A stretch of DNA of 64,000 nucleotides from Naegleria gruberi (lineage: Eukaryota), in NCBI GenBank assembly GCA_000004985.1, contig GG738862.1; one strand, 5' to 3'. The notes below the pieces were generated by a model. The model saw only the letters and a program-made list of their open reading frames with translations. It ran no database searches and was not told where the DNA came from. Both the position numbers and the translations under genes were made by a program. This document shows, piece after piece, positions 59,188-64,000 of this stretch. Within the stretch, counting starts at the first letter, position 1; the number at the start of each line of letters is the position of its first letter.

Positions 59188-62100
59188 TTATTTAAAAACA
59201 ATTTTCTGATTGTTAATTAAAACATTGTAAAGATGAGAAAGTTCAAAGAGACACGACTTGTCACGAATGTTAATAATTGTCCTCAAATATTTCACTGCAT
59301 CCCTATTAAATATTCTACACTTGTACAAGAGTGGAAGTCCTTCAAGAGATTCTCTTGAAATAAGTCCAAATTCATCAATAATTGATTGTTGGAATAATTC
59401 CTCTTCCTTAGAGTTTGGTGCATAGGGTTTTGGAGCTATTCCCAAGAATTTACAGAACTCATCTTGTTCTAATTGATTGGCAAAATAGAGAGATCCAGCA
59501 AATATGTGAATGTCAGTCAACAAGTTCAGTAATACCTTGTCAGCAATTTCAAAGTTATTATTTGGTACACTCCATGCTGGTTCATCAATCATGATACGAG
59601 AGGTAGGACTTGTTCGTGAGCAGAACATGAGTATACGAGTTGGTGAAAATTTGTCCAACTTTTGAATATAATGATTAGCCTCTTCTGGACTCAAAATGAT
59701 AATTGTTTGTGAGTATTCACTGTAGGCCAGCCAAGTGACGGGTTTGAAGAATGGACTATTCTTGGAAGCATTCGAAACAGTTTTGAGGTAATTGTCAGTG
59801 GCATAAATGTTGTGATTCCAATTGATTGGAGAGGCCAATAGAGTTTCTTCCAAAGATTCAGATAATGGACGGGCTTTAAGTGGTTGAATGGAGACATCAT
59901 ATTCCTCTTGGAGAATGCCCTTCTTCATGAATAACTCCAAGGTATCGTCAATTACAGTAGCTGCAGGATCACATTTTTGAGGTCTCTCTACAATTCTTTG
60001 CTCTTCCAATTCATTTTCCAATTCTCTTTCCTGTTCCTCGTTGAGTATTTGTGAAAAGATAGTTTTAGAGTGAGCTCTCTTATTAATATTTGCTCTAATT
60101 AATTCCAAAGAAGGAGAAATATCTATGGAAAAGAGTTTTGAAATGTGAAGGGCTCTCTTTTCAAAGATACTGAGAAGGTATTGTTCATATCTTTCCTGTC
60201 CATAAAAATCACTAATTTTGAATAATTCATTTTCAGTGCACTGCTCTGCATATTCATCCATTTTAAGCTTGGCATCATATTCGGTTTTGGCAATTTTTTT
60301 AGAGTAGAAGAGCAATCCACTAGTTGACCATTGTAGATAGTGATCATTTTCCATTTGTACTCTATTGTGAATGGACCATTTCAATATTCTTTCTTGGATT
60401 GTAAGCTGTTGTGAAAAATTGTCATTAATAAAACGATCAACTTCTTGACTTGCCCAGAAGGCAACAGAGTGTCCTTTTCCTAATAATCTCATTCTCATAC
60501 AGGCTTGGCATAGTCTCTCAAATGTAAGACCATTACCCAGTGTTACGGCTGCTTTCATTCCAGTAGGGAATTTGAGATCTGTACCTCTTGTGTGAATATC
60601 ATCAAGATAAATCAAACATCTTTCCAATTTGTTCTTATAGGGAGATATTTCGAATGGAATTATCAAACCATTTCTATCCAAAACAACCAATTGATCTTGG
60701 GTGTTGAAAAATACAGCTGCATCTGCAACTTGTTCAGTCACAGAGTTTAACCAGTATTTGCAAAGATTCATATTACTCATTTCAAGCATGAGCGCTCCCA
60801 CATCAATTAATACTCGTTGGTTATTAGCATTCAATTCAGATATAAAGTTAGTAATCTCTGCTTGTTTGACAACATGATATTCTTCATTCTCTTTAGAGAG
60901 GAGAATTTTCAATAATTCTCCAGTAGTTCCCCTAAGGGAAGGAAGCTCATTTTCCTTAATGGTGATTGGCAAAAGGAATGCCTTCGTTCCAGAGAATCCA
61001 CAAGTAGGGAATTTACTTTCCTTACAAAGATTCCAAGCTGATGCTGAAATCTTTCTATCAAACTGTTTACATTCTCTTGAGAATACAGCTCGATTGAGGA
61101 AAAAGTCAATCACTGCCATGTTATTTCTTAAAGCTGGGTATAAAACTTGTGTCTTTTGAATAAAGTCTTCCAAGTTAATGCTCTTGTAATGTTTGATTGA
61201 TTCGGGAATATTTTTCATTTCATAGACCCATTTCTCATATTCCACATCGGGAGATTCTATTCTTTGAAGGAATTGGAAAACCACATCTAATTGTTCATTA
61301 GTCAATCCAGAATAATAATAACTCAATAATGTTAAAAGAATTGCAATATCTGGATGCCCAAACTCGGCTCTATCAGAAGGGCAATCCTTAGCTCTGTAAG
61401 GAACAGCCACCAATCTCTTGATATTAGGATTGACTCCATAATTAACTCTCCATCTCTTATTGAGCGAGTGATACAATAATCCAAAAGCAAATATACCTCT
61501 CATTAATAAAATTTCCGATTTTAAAATATCATTTGACATGGTAGAAAGAATATCCAACTCAGTTTGTGAAATGGTTTCTGCTGTTAATATCTTCTTAATA
61601 TTTTCTCGGTCGTTCAATTTGTAAGGAATGAAAATTTCACTTGCCCTTCCTTCTAAAATATCATCTACAATTAAATCAACTAATTGATTGTAAGATGTCT
61701 TATCTAAAACTCTAAAATAAGGGAAAGTATGAGAATCTCCTCTAGTAAAGAATTCAACATGTGAAGCGCCAAGTTTGTTGAATAAACTTTCAGCATGCTT
61801 TCTAACAATTCTCATAATTTTTTGAGGTAATATCCATCTCAGATTTCCCATATCCAAATCTTTTTGTTCTCCCACAGTATAAATTAATTGATATCTAACA
61901 TGAAGAATTTCATCACTTTCATCGAGAATATCTCTGCAGTGTTTTTCGAAATAGTCTTGTAATCTCAAATAATCGTGAGCAATTGATTCCTTAGCAATTG
62001 CTTTTTCAATTCCTTTCAATTCAAATGACAATCTATATTCTGGAACAGTGATAAGAATGCTCCTTTCCTTTTCCATTACTTCCAATACACTTCTAATAGT

Positions 62101-64000
62101 CTTTAAATCTGTTGCAGTAATTTTCAAATCTCTGCTAAATGGTAGATAGATTACCTTTCTATTAAGAATTCCACCAAGTTTAAATGAAAGATATGTATAA
62201 TTGGTCTGGAGTAATTGTTTTAGTACAGTCAATCGAGGAATTTGTGCTTCGTTAAATGCAAGGACTAACATTGGAATAATTACCGATGTTTTGCCTTCTC
62301 CCATATTGAATTGGAGAACCATGTTTGTACTTGAGGAAAGCATGTGATTTGCAACTTCATATTGTCTTGGTCTAATCATCAAATCGAGTTCAATTTCCAA
62401 TAATAACCATTGGGGGAACTTTTTAGGGCTCCAATTAACATGTCCACTATTTTCAAGTTCTCTATCAAATTGTACCTTCTTATTTGGATCATTGTTCATA
62501 AGTTTCAATCTGTTGTATCGTTGTTCCAAAGTTGTTAATACAGCAAGAGCTCCAATCAAGTCTTTACAACCACAATACTGTTCAGTATCTGATATCAAAT
62601 CCTGGAATAACAGATATGGGCATAAACGATTTGAAATTCCACATTCTGCTATTGCTGATTTTGCAGTATCGGAAAAATTAGAAAGTTTACATTCCAGAGC
62701 TTTCCAAATTTTTTCTTTCAATTCCAATATGACAGAAATATTAGGCAGTTGTGCTGAGGTTACTTGGTTTGGGTTATTGGCTGTCAAATAACTGCCCTCC
62801 AGGTCTAGAATGTACTCGTTGTAAAGAGGGTCATGAGAGTCATGTGAAAATAATTGAACATCATGCTCCAAGGTTTTGATTACATCCTTCTCACAATATG
62901 GTGATATGTCACCTTTTTCAAAAATGTATTTAGCCATTTCTGGAACATCAGCTAATCCAAAAACAAGCTTATTTCCATCTTCTTGTACCTTGGTAAAATT
63001 CTGAATATCAAATGTTTGATTTGTTTCGTTTGGCTGTAAATTCTCCATTGTAATGTTGACTATTGTTATGTCACCTTTAGCATTATTCATCATATTTTGG
63101 AGAACTGATTTAATACCTTGTAAAAATTTTTGAACTCGTTCTCTATTGTAAAGTGTAGATAAATAGTTATTGATATGATCGACAGCTTCACTCTTATCAA
63201 TAAAATTTAATCTTCCAAATTTGTTTTTCTCCATTAATTGCTCCTTATTGAATGCTATTTCAGCAAACCTTAGGCATGTTCTAATATCATTATTAAACGT
63301 TTCATGGTCATCCTCATCATCAAATGTTAGTCTACTATTTGCCGCTTTCAATAAATTTATAACGTCATCTTCATCAAAATCAGTACATTCCAAATCATCA
63401 ACACTTGAAAAAATTAAAGGTGAATGTTGATTTCTAAAAGAATTGGCAAATAAATTAATAATCATGAAACAAGCCAACATTTTCTTTTTTTCTGGGAATA
63501 CATAACCGAGATAAGATATGAAAACTTTGAAATCGGCAGGTGTTTGAGTTTTGGCTGCTTCATAGAGTGTGAGGAAATCATCTTCGAGGTCAATATTTTT
63601 CCAATCATACAGGAAGTTCTCCACTTTTTTTTCTGGATTGAACGAGGACACTGAATTGATAAGTTCAACTGCTGAAATTTTCTGAAAATTATTTTTTGAA
63701 ATAGATGCCAAGTACTTGCAAGCAACATAGGATGTCATTGAAGAGATCTTGATTGTTTCAACATAATTGACATCTTTTTGAGAACTAATTCTTAAACGTA
63801 CAATAGGATTGTAATAATTAAGGTAGGCTTTGTAATACCTTCTTGCCAAGAAGAGAGGATCTTCCTCGTCACTCTTTTTAACACTACTGCCACTTTCCCC
63901 GTCTAGGAAAATTGTCTCCTCTGACTTTTTAACAATAGAGTCCACAATTAGTTTGTAAGCATCCAAAAGACATAAACTTGATAAATTTGTTTTAGGCCAT
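59188..64000 (-). CDS. very large protein with DUF3638/DUF3645-like P-loop module (partial; continues beyond window end)
   Basis: Stop at 59188. The frame is open to the window edge; the track start at 63966 is TTG and there is no upstream stop. Motifs: IRPRQYEVANHMLSS..VLQFNMGEGKTSVIIPMLVLAF (a GEGKT P-loop, as I recall it for DUF3638) and RVNYGVNPNIKRLVAVPYRAKDCPSDRAEFGHPDIAILLTLLSYYYSGL (DUF3645-like). Confidence 0.55.
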   Translation of the reverse strand, partial: WPKTNLSSLCLLDAYKLIVDSIVKKSEETIFLDGESGSSVKKSDEEDPLFLARRYYKAYLNYYNPIVRLRISSQKDVNYVETIKISSMTSYVACKYLASISKNNFQKISAVELINSVSSFNPEKKVENFLYDWKNIDLEDDFLTLYEAAKTQTPADFKVFISYLGYVFPEKKKMLACFMIINLFANSFRNQHSPLIFSSVDDLECTDFDEDDVINLLKAANSRLTFDDEDDHETFNNDIRTCLRFAEIAFNKEQLMEKNKFGRLNFIDKSEAVDHINNYLSTLYNRERVQKFLQGIKSVLQNMMNNAKGDITIVNITMENLQPNETNQTFDIQNFTKVQEDGNKLVFGLADVPEMAKYIFEKGDISPYCEKDVIKTLEHDVQLFSHDSHDPLYNEYILDLEGSYLTANNPNQVTSAQLPNISVILELKEKIWKALECKLSNFSDTAKSAIAECGISNRLCPYLLFQDLISDTEQYCGCKDLIGALAVLTTLEQRYNRLKLMNNDPNKKVQFDRELENSGHVNWSPKKFPQWLLLEIELDLMIRPRQYEVANHMLSSSTNMVLQFNMGEGKTSVIIPMLVLAFNEAQIPRLTVLKQLLQTNYTYLSFKLGGILNRKVIYLPFSRDLKITATDLKTIRSVLEVMEKERSILITVPEYRLSFELKGIEKAIAKESIAHDYLRLQDYFEKHCRDILDESDEILHVRYQLIYTVGEQKDLDMGNLRWILPQKIMRIVRKHAESLFNKLGASHVEFFTRGDSHTFPYFRVLDKTSYNQLVDLIVDDILEGRASEIFIPYKLNDRENIKKILTAETISQTELDILSTMSNDILKSEILLMRGIFAFGLLYHSLNKRWRVNYGVNPNIKRLVAVPYRAKDCPSDRAEFGHPDIAILLTLLSYYYSGLTNEQLDVVFQFLQRIESPDVEYEKWVYEMKNIPESIKHYKSINLEDFIQKTQVLYPALRNNMAVIDFFLNRAVFSRECKQFDRKISASAWNLCKESKFPTCGFSGTKAFLLPITIKENELPSLRGTTGELLKILLSKENEEYHVVKQAEITNFISELNANNQRVLIDVGALMLEMSNMNLCKYWLNSVTEQVADAAVFFNTQDQLVVLDRNGLIIPFEISPYKNKLERCLIYLDDIHTRGTDLKFPTGMKAAVTLGNGLTFERLCQACMRMRLLGKGHSVAFWASQEVDRFINDNFSQQLTIQERILKWSIHNRVQMENDHYLQWSTSGLLFYSKKIAKTEYDAKLKMDEYAEQCTENELFKISDFYGQERYEQYLLSIFEKRALHISKLFSIDISPSLELIRANINKRAHSKTIFSQILNEEQERELENELEEQRIVERPQKCDPAATVIDDTLELFMKKGILQEEYDVSIQPLKARPLSESLEETLLASPINWNHNIYATDNYLKTVSNASKNSPFFKPVTWLAYSEYSQTIIILSPEEANHYIQKLDKFSPTRILMFCSRTSPTSRIMIDEPAWSVPNNNFEIADKVLLNLLTDIHIFAGSLYFANQLEQDEFCKFLGIAPKPYAPNSKEEELFQQSIIDEFGLISRESLEGLPLLYKCRIFNRDAVKYLRTIINIRDKSCLFELSHLYNVLINNQKIVFK

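Noticed and set aside
1-64000. ORF-track start codons rendered as M at GTG/TTG (for example 1664, 6937, 18171, 21613, 38715, 45549, 46689, 50086, 50684, 56946, 58086, 63966)
   Set aside because: The plus-strand bases show these are not ATG. This is a eukaryotic nuclear sequence (spliceosomal introns, a nuclear-type tRNA without encoded CCA, Pol III 5S terminators), so alternative bacterial start codons were disregarded and the first in-frame ATG or a spliced exon was used.

Overview
This is an AT-rich eukaryotic nuclear window with short spliceosomal introns (about 37-82 nt, mostly GTAAGT/GTATGT donors). It also carries a nuclear tRNA and Pol III-type 5S rRNA genes. The gene content (a PPR-E-DYW protein, a Tet/JBP-like dioxygenase close to NgTet1, a receptor-type class III cyclase, DUF4116 repeat proteins, NHL/EGF/TLDc surface proteins) points to a Naegleria-like heterolobosean; that identification is inference.

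The ORF track uses GTG/TTG as 'M', so many listed starts are not real ATGs. Several listed ORFs are exons of one gene, which I joined through phase-consistent micro-introns; every joined model sums to a multiple of 3.

Annotated content:
- Protein-coding genes: BCS1-like AAA ATPase, a 3-exon protein kinase, an F-box/LRR protein, a 4-exon PH/coiled-coil protein, an MDR oxidoreductase, a 947-aa NHL/EGF surface protein, a 1656-aa 4-exon hypothetical protein, eL38, SmD2, MED7, an SRPBCC protein, a membrane cyclase, a CN-hydrolase, an EGF/TLDc protein and a partial DUF3638/DUF3645 giant protein.
- RNA genes: one tRNA-Ala(UGC); four intact dispersed 5S rRNA genes plus one rearranged 5S pseudogene.

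Main hunt results:
1. A ~4.1-kb unit (46524-50657) is bounded by GC-rich terminal inverted repeats that begin 5'-CACTAC. It carries three tightly packed same-strand ORFs ending in the Tet/JBP dioxygenase, so it is a candidate DNA transposon with Tet cargo.
2. A PPR-E-DYW editing-factor-type gene has an internal array of six ~305-bp tandem units; two units carry stops and frameshifts.
3. A ~640-bp intergenic element occurs twice, with conserved blocks and a hairpin whose stem is conserved while the loop differs.
4. Three of the 5S genes share a ~30-bp upstream block.
5. Two divergent small basic ORFs are paralogues and sit between 5S sequences.
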